DNA of 64,000 nucleotides from Rhodospirillales bacterium (GCA_965222795.1 OZ244972.1:492286-556285), one strand, 5' to 3'. Positions 37,744 to 48,810 are shown, numbered from the stretch's first letter. Made by a program: numbers and translations. The notes: generated by a model not told the origin, from the sequence alone.

Positions 37744-40170
37744 ATGGGAATACTGCGATGGATCGCAGGACTGTTTGCTGTAGCCGTGATCGCGGCAGTG
37801 TTTGCGGCAGTCATAGTGCTTTACGGCTTTCACCACTATGGGCGAGACCTTCCTGATTACAAACAGTTAGCCGACTACAATCCGCCGATGGTGACGCGCG
37901 TGCACGCGGGCGATGGGCGCCTGCTTACTGAGTTTGCCATCGAAAAACGAATTTTTGTCCCCATCCAAGCGATTCCAAAACGGGTGATATCTGCCTTCCT
38001 TTCCGCGGAAGATAAGAACTTCTATCGCCACCCTGGCGTCGATCTCTTGTCCATTGGTCGGGCGGCGGCGACCAACGTGATGAACTATGGGCGCAACAGA
38101 CGTCCGGTTGGCGCCTCAACCATCACCCAGCAGGTTGCCAAGAATTTCCTGCTCACAAACGAGGTCTCTATCGAGCGCAAGATCAAAGAGGCCATCCTGG
38201 CCATCCGCATCGAGCATGCCTTTTCGAAAGAGCAGATTCTGGAGCTGTACCTAAACGAAATCTATCTCGGCTTAGGGTCTTATGGTGTGGCGGCTGCGGC
38301 GCTTAACTACTTCAACAAGTCTCTAGACCAACTCACTCTTGCGGAAGCGGCCTACCTGGCTGCCCTACCCAAGGCTCCCAACAACTACCACCCGGTGAGA
38401 CGCCACGAGGCAGCGGTGGCGCGGCGTGATTGGGTGATAGGCCGCATGGCTGAGGACGGACGGGTATCGCCAGACGAAGCCAAAACAGCCCAGGCTGAAC
38501 CCTTGGCAATGCGCGAACGGGACGCAACGGAAGTCGCTGAAGCAGCATTCTTTGCCGAGGAAGTACGTCGCGAGGTGGTACGGCTTTATGGCGAGGACGA
38601 ACTGTATGAGGGCGGGCTTTCGATAAGAACGACGGTCGATCCAAAGTTACAGAGGCTGGCCGACAAAAGCCTGCGCGATGGCCTAATTGCGTACGACCGT
38701 AGGCACGGGTGGCGCGGCGCCATTGGCCAGATTGATCCGGCTACGGAAAACTGGCAGGACGCCTTGGCCGCCATCGTCAAGCCGCAGGGTGTCGATGATT
38801 GGCAACTGGCGGCCGTACTGGCAACCAGCGCTGAAGACGTGTCAATCGCTTTGGCCGACGGCAGCACAGGCAGCATCCCCCTCGCTGAGTTGCGTTGGGC
38901 TCGGCCATGGATGGAAGACCAAAATGTTGGCCCAGAGCCGACAAAACCTGCCGACGTTCTTAACGTAGGTGATGTGGTTTTGGTGGAAGGCGTAGAGGTG
39001 GGACCAGACGAAGTCGCCTACCCTGAAGGCAGCTATGGCCTGCGTCAGGTGCCCGACGTCAATGGCGCCATCGTTGCCCTTGATCCGCACACTGGACGTG
39101 TTCTGGCCATGAGCGGCGGGTTTTCGCAGCAAGAAAGCGAGTTCAACCGGGCGGTCCAGGCGCGCCGCCAACCAGGCTCAGCCTTCAAGCCGATCGTCTA
39201 TCTGGCTGCTCTCGATAATGGCTTTACCCCGTCAACCCAGGTCCTCGACGCTCCCTTTGTCATCGACCAGGGCGAGGGCCAAGGCAAGTGGAAACCGGCC
39301 AACTACACGCGCAAATTTTACGGGCCGACGCCGATGCGGGTGGGTATCGAAAAGTCCCGTAATCTCATGACAGTACGGCTCGCCCAGGCCGTCGGTATGG
39401 ACAAAATCGTCGACTATGCCCGGCGCATGGGAATTGTCGACGATATGCCCCCGGTTCTGTCCATGGCGCTGGGAGCCGGCGAAACCACGCTCATGCGCCT
39501 AACCACATTTTATGCCATGTTGGTCAACGGTGGAAAACGGATCAATCCAACGCTGATCGACCGAATTCAAGACCGCAACGGCAAGACCATTTTCAAGCAC
39601 GACAACCGTCCTTGCAACGCTTGCAGGGCGCTCTTCTGGGAGGACCAGGCCGTGCCGGCGGTTCCAGATCAGCGCGAACAGGTGGCCGACCCTGGTAGCG
39701 CCTATCAAGTGGTGGCAATGTTGAAGGGCGTGGTTGACCGAGGCACCGGTCGGCGCATCAGCAGTGTTGGCAAACCACTGGCAGGAAAGACTGGCACCAC
39801 CAACGATAGCCTTGACACCTGGTTTGTCGGATTTTCGCCTGATCTTGCCGTCGGCGTGTTTGTCGGCTTCGATCAACCCAAACCGCTTGGCCGTCGCGAA
39901 ACCGGTTCGAGTGTTGCAGCGCCGGTGTTCCGCGATTTTATGGCCGGCGCACTCGAAGACCGGCCCGCCCTCCCCTTTCGCATTCCAGAGGGTATTCAAT
40001 TGGTCCGAGTAGACGGCCAAACCGGACGCCGGGCAAGAGCCGGCGATCGGGGCGCCCTACTCGAAGCCTTCAAAGTCGGCACCGGTCCCGAAACGCAACA
40101 ATCCCTGATTGAAAGCGATGATAACCCGGTCGCCAGCAAGGGTAATGCCTCGACAGGCGGCCTTTACTAG
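37744..40170 (+). CDS. mrcA: Penicillin-binding protein 1A (bifunctional glycosyltransferase/transpeptidase)
   Basis: 808 aa. GT51 motifs (..AEDKNFYRHPGVD.., GASTITQQVAKN). Transpeptidase SAFKP, SRN, KTGTTN. Confidence 0.95.
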   Translation: MGILRWIAGLFAVAVIAAVFAAVIVLYGFHHYGRDLPDYKQLADYNPPMVTRVHAGDGRLLTEFAIEKRIFVPIQAIPKRVISAFLSAEDKNFYRHPGVDLLSIGRAAATNVMNYGRNRRPVGASTITQQVAKNFLLTNEVSIERKIKEAILAIRIEHAFSKEQILELYLNEIYLGLGSYGVAAAALNYFNKSLDQLTLAEAAYLAALPKAPNNYHPVRRHEAAVARRDWVIGRMAEDGRVSPDEAKTAQAEPLAMRERDATEVAEAAFFAEEVRREVVRLYGEDELYEGGLSIRTTVDPKLQRLADKSLRDGLIAYDRRHGWRGAIGQIDPATENWQDALAAIVKPQGVDDWQLAAVLATSAEDVSIALADGSTGSIPLAELRWARPWMEDQNVGPEPTKPADVLNVGDVVLVEGVEVGPDEVAYPEGSYGLRQVPDVNGAIVALDPHTGRVLAMSGGFSQQESEFNRAVQARRQPGSAFKPIVYLAALDNGFTPSTQVLDAPFVIDQGEGQGKWKPANYTRKFYGPTPMRVGIEKSRNLMTVRLAQAVGMDKIVDYARRMGIVDDMPPVLSMALGAGETTLMRLTTFYAMLVNGGKRINPTLIDRIQDRNGKTIFKHDNRPCNACRALFWEDQAVPAVPDQREQVADPGSAYQVVAMLKGVVDRGTGRRISSVGKPLAGKTGTTNDSLDTWFVGFSPDLAVGVFVGFDQPKPLGRRETGSSVAAPVFRDFMAGALEDRPALPFRIPEGIQLVRVDGQTGRRARAGDRGALLEAFKVGTGPETQQSLIESDDNPVASKGNASTGGLY

Positions 40171-40348
40171 CGAGCAGGCGCCCCTGTCAGGCGGACAAGG
40201 ATTGGTTGGCCAGCGATCACTCTCGATCCTGCACCAAGTGTCATTATGCTTTCCCTTTATTCTCAATAGGATTCTATTGACCAGGCCGTCACTCCAAGGC
40301 ACAAGGGGCCAAGACTTGACTAACAAGTGATCGAGGAGACCAGCGCGG

Positions 40349-41495
40349 ATGCGTGCCGAATTCGAAGCCCTCGCAGCCAACATTCGCCAATCGCTTGAGC
40401 TCTTGCGGAGGCATCTTTGACTTAGAGGCTGCCCAGCGCCGCCTCGATGAACTGAACAGCCTGGCCGGTGACCCGGATCTTTGGGAAGATCCGACCGCGG
40501 CCGAAAAACTGATGCGTGAACGTACACGGCTGGATCAGGCAATCGCCGAGTTTCAAGAGCTTCAGTCGGGCCTTGACGATGCCCTGGTCCTCATGGAACT
40601 CGGCGAAGCGGAGGAAGATGCCAAATCCATTGAGGAGGCCCATGCACAGCTAGTCGCCCTCGATCGGCGGGGCACGCAGCTGCAACTGGATAGTCTTCTT
40701 TCTGGTGAGGCGGACGAAAACGACTGCTATCTGGAAATACACGCAGGTGCCGGCGGCACCGAGGCCCAGGACTGGGCGGAAATGCTCGCGCGCATGTACA
40801 CCCGTTGGGCCGAACGGCGTAGTTTCAAGGTCGATTGGTTAGAAGAAAGCCCCGGCGAGGAGGCCGGTCTGAAGTCCGCGACCATGAAGGTAGAGGGCCA
40901 CAACGCTTATGGCTGGCTGAAGACCGAGTCCGGCGTACATCGCCTGGTGCGCATCTCGCCCTTCGACTCACAGTCGCGACGCCACACCAGCTTTGCTAGT
41001 GTATGGGTCTATCCCGTGATCGATGAAGAAATCACCGTAGAGGTGCAAGACAAGGATCTAAGGGTCGACACCTACCGCGCCTCCGGAGCCGGCGGACAGC
41101 ATGTCAACAAAACCGATAGCGCCATACGCATCACCCACCTTCCCACGGGAATAGTCGTTCAATGCCAAAATGACCGCTCGCAGCACCGAAACCGCGCCCA
41201 GGCCATGGACATGTTGCGCGCCCGCCTCTACGAGACAGAGTTGCAAAAACGGGAAGCGGAGGCCCAGGCCGAGGCGGATGCCAAGACCGATATCGGCTGG
41301 GGCCATCAAATCCGTTCCTATGTCCTGCAGCCCTATCAGATGGTGAAGGATTTGCGCACCGGTGTGGAAAAGGGCAACGCCCAAGCCGTCCTGGACGGCA
41401 ACATCGACGATTACCTAGAGGCCGCCCTGGCGCAGCGCATTGACGGTGGCAATGCAGCCGGTCAGCGTTCAGATTCCGAAAGTCCCATCGACTAG
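40349..41495 (+). CDS. prfB: Peptide chain release factor 2, expressed via a programmed +1 frameshift: join(40349..40417,40419..41495)
   Basis: Frame 0 reads [23 protein letters not shown] then TGA at 40418. The +1 frame continues [13 protein letters not shown]... and contains SPF and GGQ ([16 protein letters not shown]). Confidence 0.95.
40407..40421 (+). promoter_or_regulatory. RF2 autoregulatory +1 frameshift site
   Basis: GGAGG-CAT-CTT-TGA-C: an internal SD-like element 3 nt upstream of the CTT slippery codon, followed by an in-frame TGA C. Same layout as E. coli AGGGGG-TAT-CTT-TGA-C. Confidence 0.9.
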
Positions 41496-41500
41496 AGCGT

Positions 41501-41588
41501 CGGGCGGCAATTTGGGATCAATTCTGCTTGGCCTCTGGCGTGGCGATCCGCTGTCGGGACGGGCGGTTTGGTTCCAAATTGCCGCCCG
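41501..41588. repeat. Perfect 15-bp inverted repeat with a 58-nt spacer between the convergent prfB and smc genes
   Basis: CGGGCGGCAATTTGG (41501-41515) and CCAAATTGCCGCCCG (41574-41588). A proximal imperfect partner GGGCGGTTTGG (41561-41571) offers an alternative pairing. Confidence 0.8.
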
Positions 41589-41593
41589 ATGCT

Positions 41594-44500
41594 CTAGGCA
41601 CTCTCCCGCAGGCTTTCCGCCGCCTCGAGATCGACAGAAACCAATTGGCTTACCCCACGCTCCGCCATGGTCACACCGAAGAGGCGATCCACTCGCGCCA
41701 TGGTCATCCGATGGTGGGTGATGATGATAAAGCGGGTGTCCATGCGCTCGGCCATTTCCTCGACCAGGGTGCAGAAGCGATCGACGTTGGCATCGTCAAG
41801 CGGCGCATCGACCTCGTCCAGCACACAGACCGGCGAGGGATTGGTCAGGAAGACGGCAAACAACAGGGCAAGAGCCGTCAAAGCCTGCTCGCCACCAGAC
41901 AGCAGTGAGAGTACCTGCAGGCGTTTGCCCGGTGGGCTGGCGAGGATCTCCAGGCCGGCATCCAAAGGATCCTCCGATTCGGTCATGCGCAGGTGCGCGC
42001 GACCACCGCCGAAGAGACGGACAAAGAGCTTCGAGAAATGCTCGTTCACCACCTCGAAGGCGGCCAGAAGCCGTTCCCTACCCTCGCGGTTCAGGCTGGC
42101 GATCCCCTGCCTTAGGCGCGCGATGGCCGACAGCAGGTCGGCGCGCTCCCGCTCCAACTCGGCGATCTTTTCTTCCAGCTCACGGGCTTCCTGCTCGGCG
42201 CGCAGGTTGACTGGGCCGATGGCATCACGCTCGCGGGTCAGGCGCGCCACTTTGGCTTCGACCTGATCGCGTTCGGGCAAGACCTGGTCCGGGTCAATCT
42301 CCGCCACCTCTGCCACCCGCGCCATGTCACAATCCAAATGCTCGCGTACCCGTTGGGACAGGTTATCCAGATTGTGCTGACATTGCGAAACCGACGCCTC
42401 GGATCGCACCCGCTCCTCGCGGGCTGACGCCAGGGCAGCCTCCGCGGCCTTGGCCGCGCGGTCCGCTTCACCGAGTTGACGCTCTGAAATCGCCAGGCGG
42501 TCGCTTGCTTGCCGCCGCGCCAGTTCCGCTGCCTCGATCTGCACCGCTAGTTCTTCGCCATGGCGATGGAGCTCCGCCGGGCGCGAGGCCAAGGCTTGCA
42601 GCTCTCCGGCCACCGACTCTAGGCGCCCGTCGAGATCGGCGATGTGGCTCTTACTTTGCTCCGACCGGCGGGTCCAGGAGGCGATTTCCTCGGCGATTGC
42701 ACGCAAGCGCTCCGCTCGCGCCGCCGCCTTTCGTTGAAGATCGTCAACTGCAAGACGGCAGGCAGCCTGCTGGTCTCGCTGCGATGTCACTTCCTTCCAC
42801 AGCTGTTCCTTGCGGGCCCGAGACTCGGAAGAATCAGACAGGCTATCGCTATCCGTTCGCGCTTCGGCCAAGGCCGAGCGAGCCTCCATCAAATCGACCT
42901 CCAGGCGCGCTAACGCCTCATCGGAGGCGGCCAGGCGGGATTCCTGCGCGGCTTGCTGTTGCTTGAGGGCGGACAAACGGGCAGCCGCGTCGTTTACGGC
43001 TTGTCCAGACCGCTGCAGGCCCTGGCGAGTCTGCGCTTCCTGCTCACCGGCATCCTCGGCCCTGGCCTGAGCATGGGTACAACATTCACGGGCTTCAGAG
43101 AGGGCCACCGCCGCGGCTTGCACCTCTCGCCTTAGTTTTCGTAGCCGGTTGCGCTGTTGCAGCCGCTGGGCTGCCGGCATCGGCGCATCCGGGGTCACGG
43201 TCAGCCCGTCCCACCGCCAAAGTCCGCCGTTGCGTGTCACCAGCCGATGCCCCGGACCCAAATCAGGCTGCAGCCGCCGTGCGGTTTCCGCGTCCGGAAC
43301 CACGCCAATGAACGCCAAGCGCCGCGCCAGACTCGCTGGGGCCTGGACAAATGCCGCCAGGGCCTCGCTGCCGTTCGGCAAGTTCGGCTCATCTGGGTAA
43401 GCGGTCAGCGATCGCCAGTGCAGGGGAGCAGTTTCATCCTCGGGCAGTATCAAGTCGTCGCCCAAGGCCGCCCCGAGCGCTGCTTCATATCCAGGATCGA
43501 CGCTGACGCTATCGACCACCGGACTGCAATCCGGCGAAACGCCCTTATCAAGAAGCGACGACAAAGCGTCTGCTTCTGCCTGCAGCTTGGTATGAGCCTC
43601 CTCGGCCGAATTGAGCGTCTTGCGCGCTTCGGCTTCCTGGCGGCGGGCTTCGGTCAAGTTTTCAGCCGCCTGCTCGCCAGCCTTTTGCAAGGCCTCGAAG
43701 GTCGCTTGCGCTTCCTCGGCCGCTTGCGCCGCCGCCGCTAGATCATCACCGGCAATCGATTTTTGCCGGATCTTGGCGCGTTGGTCATCCAACTCGGTCT
43801 TTCGCTTTGCCAGTGTTGCATTGCGCGATTCCCAGTCGGAGATCCGCCGTTCAAGGGAGGAAGCCGCTGCTTCCGTGCGCGCGAGCTCTTCACTAAGGTC
43901 GGCAAAACGCTGCTCGACATTGGAAAGCGACTTGTTGACAGCGGCAAGACGGGCTTCGGATTCCTGACGTTCGGCCTCCTGGCCGGCGGTAGCCTCCTGC
44001 AAGGAGCGACGCTCTTCTGCCAATGCCTCACCGGCTTTGGCTGCGTCCTCCGCCAGGGCGCGGGCGCGGGCCAGATCCATCTCGATCTGCCCGATGCGGC
44101 GGCGGGATTCCGCTTCGGCTTCCTCGATCCTCTTGGCTTCGCGGGTCAGATTGTCACGCTCAACCAAGAGGCGCTGCAAAGAAGCCGCCTTTTCCGCCTC
44201 GGCCTGACGCTCGCCGGGTAGGCGCGCCGCCAGCTGGGCTTGTTCCTTTGCCCGGGTCGCCGCCTCTCGGCTGCGCTCGGTCACTTCCCCTTCCGACCGC
44301 ACCAGCGCCTGTCGGGCCGCCTCCAAGCCCCCTTTGGCCGCTTCCGCCTCGATATGCAGCAAGAGCGCATCCTTGCGCCGCAGTTCTTCGGCAATTTTGC
44401 GGTAACGCTTGGCCTGGCGAGCCTGCTTCTTGAGGCTCTGCAGTTGCGCCTCCAAGGTGACGACCACGTCGTCCAGGCGCTCCAGGTTGGTTTCGGCCGC

Positions 44501-45058
44501 CCGCAGGCGAAGTTCGGCTTCATGCCGACGGGTGTTCAGGCCGGCAATGCCTGCGGCCTCTTCCAGCAGTGCTCGCCGTTCGGTTGGCTTGGCATTGATT
44601 AAGGCGCCCACGCGCCCTTGCCCCACCATTGCCGGCGAATGGGCTCCGGTTGCCGCATCGGCAAAAAGCATCTGAACGTCCCGAGCCCGTACCTCCCGAC
44701 CGTTGACCCGGTAAGCCGATCCGCTGCCGCGGTGGATGCGGCGCGTCACCTCAAGCTCATCGTGCTCGTTGAATTGAGCGGGGGCAATGCGCCGCCGATT
44801 ATCCAAGGAAATGGCAACCTCGGCAATGTCACGCGATGGTCGCTTGGCCGACCCGGCGAATATGACGTCATCCATTTCACCGCCGCGCATGGATTTGGGA
44901 GAGGTTTCTCCCATCACCCAGCGAAGGGCCTCAACCAGATTGGATTTCCCGCAGCCATTCGGCCCGACAACGCCGGTCAGGCCCGGTTCGAACAGAAGAT
45001 CTGTGGGATCGACGAAGGACTTAAAGCCGCTTATGCGGAGCTTGGTGAATTGGACCAA
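41594..45058 (-). CDS. smc: Chromosome segregation protein SMC
   Basis: N-terminal ..VQFTKLRISGFKSF...GVVGPNGCGKSN (Walker A). Long coiled coils and a hinge. C-terminal LSGGEQALTALALLFA (signature) and VCVLDEVDAPLD (Walker B). TTG at 45058 places Walker A at the usual distance. The ORF also opens at GTG 45112. Confidence 0.95.
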   Translation of the reverse strand: MVQFTKLRISGFKSFVDPTDLLFEPGLTGVVGPNGCGKSNLVEALRWVMGETSPKSMRGGEMDDVIFAGSAKRPSRDIAEVAISLDNRRRIAPAQFNEHDELEVTRRIHRGSGSAYRVNGREVRARDVQMLFADAATGAHSPAMVGQGRVGALINAKPTERRALLEEAAGIAGLNTRRHEAELRLRAAETNLERLDDVVVTLEAQLQSLKKQARQAKRYRKIAEELRRKDALLLHIEAEAAKGGLEAARQALVRSEGEVTERSREAATRAKEQAQLAARLPGERQAEAEKAASLQRLLVERDNLTREAKRIEEAEAESRRRIGQIEMDLARARALAEDAAKAGEALAEERRSLQEATAGQEAERQESEARLAAVNKSLSNVEQRFADLSEELARTEAAASSLERRISDWESRNATLAKRKTELDDQRAKIRQKSIAGDDLAAAAQAAEEAQATFEALQKAGEQAAENLTEARRQEAEARKTLNSAEEAHTKLQAEADALSSLLDKGVSPDCSPVVDSVSVDPGYEAALGAALGDDLILPEDETAPLHWRSLTAYPDEPNLPNGSEALAAFVQAPASLARRLAFIGVVPDAETARRLQPDLGPGHRLVTRNGGLWRWDGLTVTPDAPMPAAQRLQQRNRLRKLRREVQAAAVALSEARECCTHAQARAEDAGEQEAQTRQGLQRSGQAVNDAAARLSALKQQQAAQESRLAASDEALARLEVDLMEARSALAEARTDSDSLSDSSESRARKEQLWKEVTSQRDQQAACRLAVDDLQRKAAARAERLRAIAEEIASWTRRSEQSKSHIADLDGRLESVAGELQALASRPAELHRHGEELAVQIEAAELARRQASDRLAISERQLGEADRAAKAAEAALASAREERVRSEASVSQCQHNLDNLSQRVREHLDCDMARVAEVAEIDPDQVLPERDQVEAKVARLTRERDAIGPVNLRAEQEARELEEKIAELERERADLLSAIARLRQGIASLNREGRERLLAAFEVVNEHFSKLFVRLFGGGRAHLRMTESEDPLDAGLEILASPPGKRLQVLSLLSGGEQALTALALLFAVFLTNPSPVCVLDEVDAPLDDANVDRFCTLVEEMAERMDTRFIIITHHRMTMARVDRLFGVTMAERGVSQLVSVDLEAAESLRESA

Positions 45059-45156
45059 CTGCGTTTCGACCCTTTTTATCCGATCCTGACCCGCCTCACC
45101 GGCTATGACCACCCCGACGTTTCATCACATCCAAGGGCCGCCAGAAATCTCCGCGG

Positions 45157-45783
45157 CTAGGAGGTCAGCTCCTTCAAGACTTCTTCGAACTTCTCAACGT
45201 TAATAGCGCCCTCGACCTTGCGGCCATTGATCACAAAGGTAGGTGTGGAGCGAATGCTGAAATCGGCCTCGCCCGCCTTGGCTCGCGCGATGATGCGATC
45301 CATTTCCTGACGATCGCTGACGCATTTGTCGAAGCTCTCTTGGCTGAGGCCGGCAAGCTTACTCAGCCGGGCCAGTTCCGCCAGCGGATGCTCGGCCCGG
45401 GCCCAGCGTTGCTGGTTGGCGTAAAGGACGTCGACAAAGCTAAAATGCCGATCCCCTTCAAGGCAATTTGCTACCAAGGCGGCCCGCAAGGCCAAACCGT
45501 CAAGAGGAAAATGTCGCAAAATCAAACGGACCTTACCTTCATCAATCCAGTCGCGTTTCAGCATCGGCAAGGTGGATTTGTGAAATTCAGCGCAATGTGG
45601 ACAGGTCAGGGACGAATACTCAATGATGGTTATCGGCGCGTCCTTCGAGCCCAAGATTCGATCATCTGAGAAGATCTCTGCGTCTTCAGCATGGGCCGGA
45701 GCCAGCCATTGCGGCGCCAAGAACGGCAAGGCCGCTGCCGTCGCCGCGGAAAGGCCTACTCCCAGGATCTGTCGTCGATTCAT
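45157..45783 (-). CDS. DsbA-family thioredoxin-fold protein with a twin-arginine-like signal
   Basis: 208 aa. N-terminus MNRRQILGVGLSAATAAALPFLAPQWLAPAHA. Active site CPHC in EYSSLTCPHCAEF. Confidence 0.8.
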   Translation of the reverse strand: MNRRQILGVGLSAATAAALPFLAPQWLAPAHAEDAEIFSDDRILGSKDAPITIIEYSSLTCPHCAEFHKSTLPMLKRDWIDEGKVRLILRHFPLDGLALRAALVANCLEGDRHFSFVDVLYANQQRWARAEHPLAELARLSKLAGLSQESFDKCVSDRQEMDRIIARAKAGEADFSIRSTPTFVINGRKVEGAINVEKFEEVLKELTS

Positions 45784-45922
45784 GTTTCACCTACCAAATC
45801 TAGTATATGCTAGTGATGGCCGCGCGATTGCACAAGCTTTCTGCACAGTTCTACGAGACCAGAAGCACATTTGGGTAACCGGTGGGCTAGCTTACAAGCC
45901 CGGATCGCCGATCTTTGGATCA

Positions 45923-46447
45923 CTATTTGTTGCGCTGGCCGAGCGACTGTCCCAGGCCCAAAAGGGCAGACCGCAGGGCCGAATCCTCGACATCGGCCAG
46001 TTTTTCCACAAGCACGGCCTCGGATTCCGGATCCAAAGATGGCTTTTGCACCTCGGGCAAGGGGCGATTGACCGGCAAGGGTCCTTGTTGAAATTTTAGG
46101 CGAATGATTCCTTGATAGCCGAGAAATCCGTTAATTCGCTCGATGATTTGCGGCTCGAGGTGCTGCAGCTCGGTCGCGAATCCTGACGCCACCCGCAACA
46201 GCAATGTGCCATCGCGCCGCTGGCGGCGATTCGCGTAGCTAACACCCCGCGGCCGACAGCGCTGCGCCAAGCGTTCCCCAACGATCTCGGTCCACCGGGT
46301 AATCAAGGCCCCTTCCGAGAAGCCGCGCTTGCCTAGAGCCCGGTTCGTCACCTTCGGCAGCATGGCAGCCAGGCTTCGGCAACCGCCCCCCTTGTCCTTA
46401 CGGGACCTTGCCTCCTCCGGCGCCAATCTGGTCGTTTCCCGGCTCAT
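45923..46447 (-). CDS. DUF721/DciA-like protein
   Basis: ..LAAMLPKVTNRALGKRGFSEGALITRWTEIVGERLAQRCRP......GTLLLRVASGFATELQHLEPQIIERINGFLGYQGIIRLKF.. matches my recollection of the DUF721 (DciA) family, which commonly neighbours mutY in alphaproteobacteria. Start chosen at 46447; the ORF extends to 46543. Confidence 0.6.
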   Translation of the reverse strand: MSRETTRLAPEEARSRKDKGGGCRSLAAMLPKVTNRALGKRGFSEGALITRWTEIVGERLAQRCRPRGVSYANRRQRRDGTLLLRVASGFATELQHLEPQIIERINGFLGYQGIIRLKFQQGPLPVNRPLPEVQKPSLDPESEAVLVEKLADVEDSALRSALLGLGQSLGQRNK

Positions 46448-46485
46448 GTCGCAGCAGGCTTTCCCGTCGATTTGCCTTGCTCTAT

Positions 46486-47577
46486 ATGAACGCCATGCGG
46501 CCTCCATCTGCAAGCCATTCCGCCGAGAAAAGTGCCGAGCCATTGCTCGCTTGGTATGACGCCCACGGGCGAGAGCTGCCCTGGCGAATCCGAGGCGCCG
46601 GCCGTCCCGATCCTTATCGGGTCTGGCTCAGCGAGATCATGTTGCAGCAGACCACGGTGGCGACGGTAAAGCCCTATTTCGAACGCTTTCTCCAAAAGTG
46701 GCCGACAGTCAATGATCTGGCGGCAGCGCCGCTCGATCAAGTTATGGCTGCCTGGGCCGGGCTCGGGTACTACGCCCGCGCCCGCAACTTGCACCGCTGC
46801 GCCCAGATCGTCAGTACTGACTACGGCGGCAGGTTTCCTGAAGACGAAACCGGCCTAAAGGCACTGCCGGGCGTCGGCAACTATACTGCCGCCGCCATCG
46901 CCGCCATCGCCTTCGACCAGGTCGCCACCGTGGTTGACGGCAATGTGGAGCGGGTGGTCGCCCGCCTCTTCGCCGTCGAGACACCCCTGCCGAAGGCCAA
47001 GCCGGAGATCAGTCGGCTCGCCGCCACGCTGACACCGCAAGAACGCGCCGGCGACTATGCGCAAGCGATGATGGACCTGGGAGCAACGATCTGCACGGCC
47101 GCTCGGCCCAAGTGCCTCCTCTGCCCACTCAAGGAGGGATGCCTGGCTCACGCGCGCGGCTTGGCGGCGGAACTACCGCGCCGCACGCCCAAAGCGGCCA
47201 GGCCGATCCGCCGTGCGGTCGCCTTTTGGCTGGAAGGCCGCAACAAGGAGGTATTGCTGCGCCGGCGTCCGCCCAAAGGCCTCCTGGGCGGCATGATGGA
47301 GGTACCATCGACTACGTGGCGCGAAGCACCCTGGAGTCCCGAGGAGGCTGTTGAATTTGCACCCGTTGAAATCGACTGGCAGCCACTACCCGGTGTCGTG
47401 CGGCATACCTTCACCCATTTTCACTTCGAGATTGCGGTTTGGACCGGTAGATCGTCGGACGCCGTTCCTGCCCGCGACGCAGAGATGTGGTGTCCAATCG
47501 ATCGGCTAGCCGAACAGGCCCTACCGACTGTCATGCGCAAGATCGCCCGCCACGCGATGAGTGCGGATGAAATCTGA
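46486..47577 (+). CDS. mutY: A/G-specific adenine DNA glycosylase
   Basis: ..LLAWYDAHGRELPWR....PYRVWLSEIMLQQTTV..., HhH-GPD (LPGVGNYTAAAIAAIAF), the FeS cluster loop C..C..C...C (CTAARPKCLLCPLKEGC), and a NUDIX-like C-terminal domain. Confidence 0.9.
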   Translation: MNAMRPPSASHSAEKSAEPLLAWYDAHGRELPWRIRGAGRPDPYRVWLSEIMLQQTTVATVKPYFERFLQKWPTVNDLAAAPLDQVMAAWAGLGYYARARNLHRCAQIVSTDYGGRFPEDETGLKALPGVGNYTAAAIAAIAFDQVATVVDGNVERVVARLFAVETPLPKAKPEISRLAATLTPQERAGDYAQAMMDLGATICTAARPKCLLCPLKEGCLAHARGLAAELPRRTPKAARPIRRAVAFWLEGRNKEVLLRRRPPKGLLGGMMEVPSTTWREAPWSPEEAVEFAPVEIDWQPLPGVVRHTFTHFHFEIAVWTGRSSDAVPARDAEMWCPIDRLAEQALPTVMRKIARHAMSADEI

Positions 47578-47653
47578 AGCCAACGCGTGGGTTACCGCCC
47601 TGACCGGCGCTGCGGCTGCGCGCTACTTTGCGTATTGAAATAGGAACAGCGGC

Positions 47654-48800
<1,147 letters not shown>

Positions 48801-48810
48801 AAAGGTTTAT

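Noticed and set aside
45059-45112. GTG start at 45112 for smc, and similar upstream extensions for rne (35648), moaB (55302), the amidase (36321), mutY (46408) and the DciA-like gene (46543)
   Set aside because: Conserved N-terminal motifs (Walker A spacing, MARRMLIDA, signal peptides, MoaB/MutY N-termini) favour the downstream starts. The longest-ORF starts would create large overlaps with neighbouring genes.
41667-45160. Numerous 80-200 aa plus-strand ORFs across smc, and similar ones across nrdJ (15721-19329) and the Mo-enzyme genes (for example 7774-8655)
   Set aside because: All are alternative or antisense frames inside long, confidently identified genes. Their compositions are Arg/Pro/Ala-biased.
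45800-45820. CTAGTATATGCTAGTGATGG, which shares GCTAGTG with the leader of the 9772-9940 hairpin elements
   Set aside because: Only a 7-8 nt match with no accompanying palindrome. This is too short to call a third copy.
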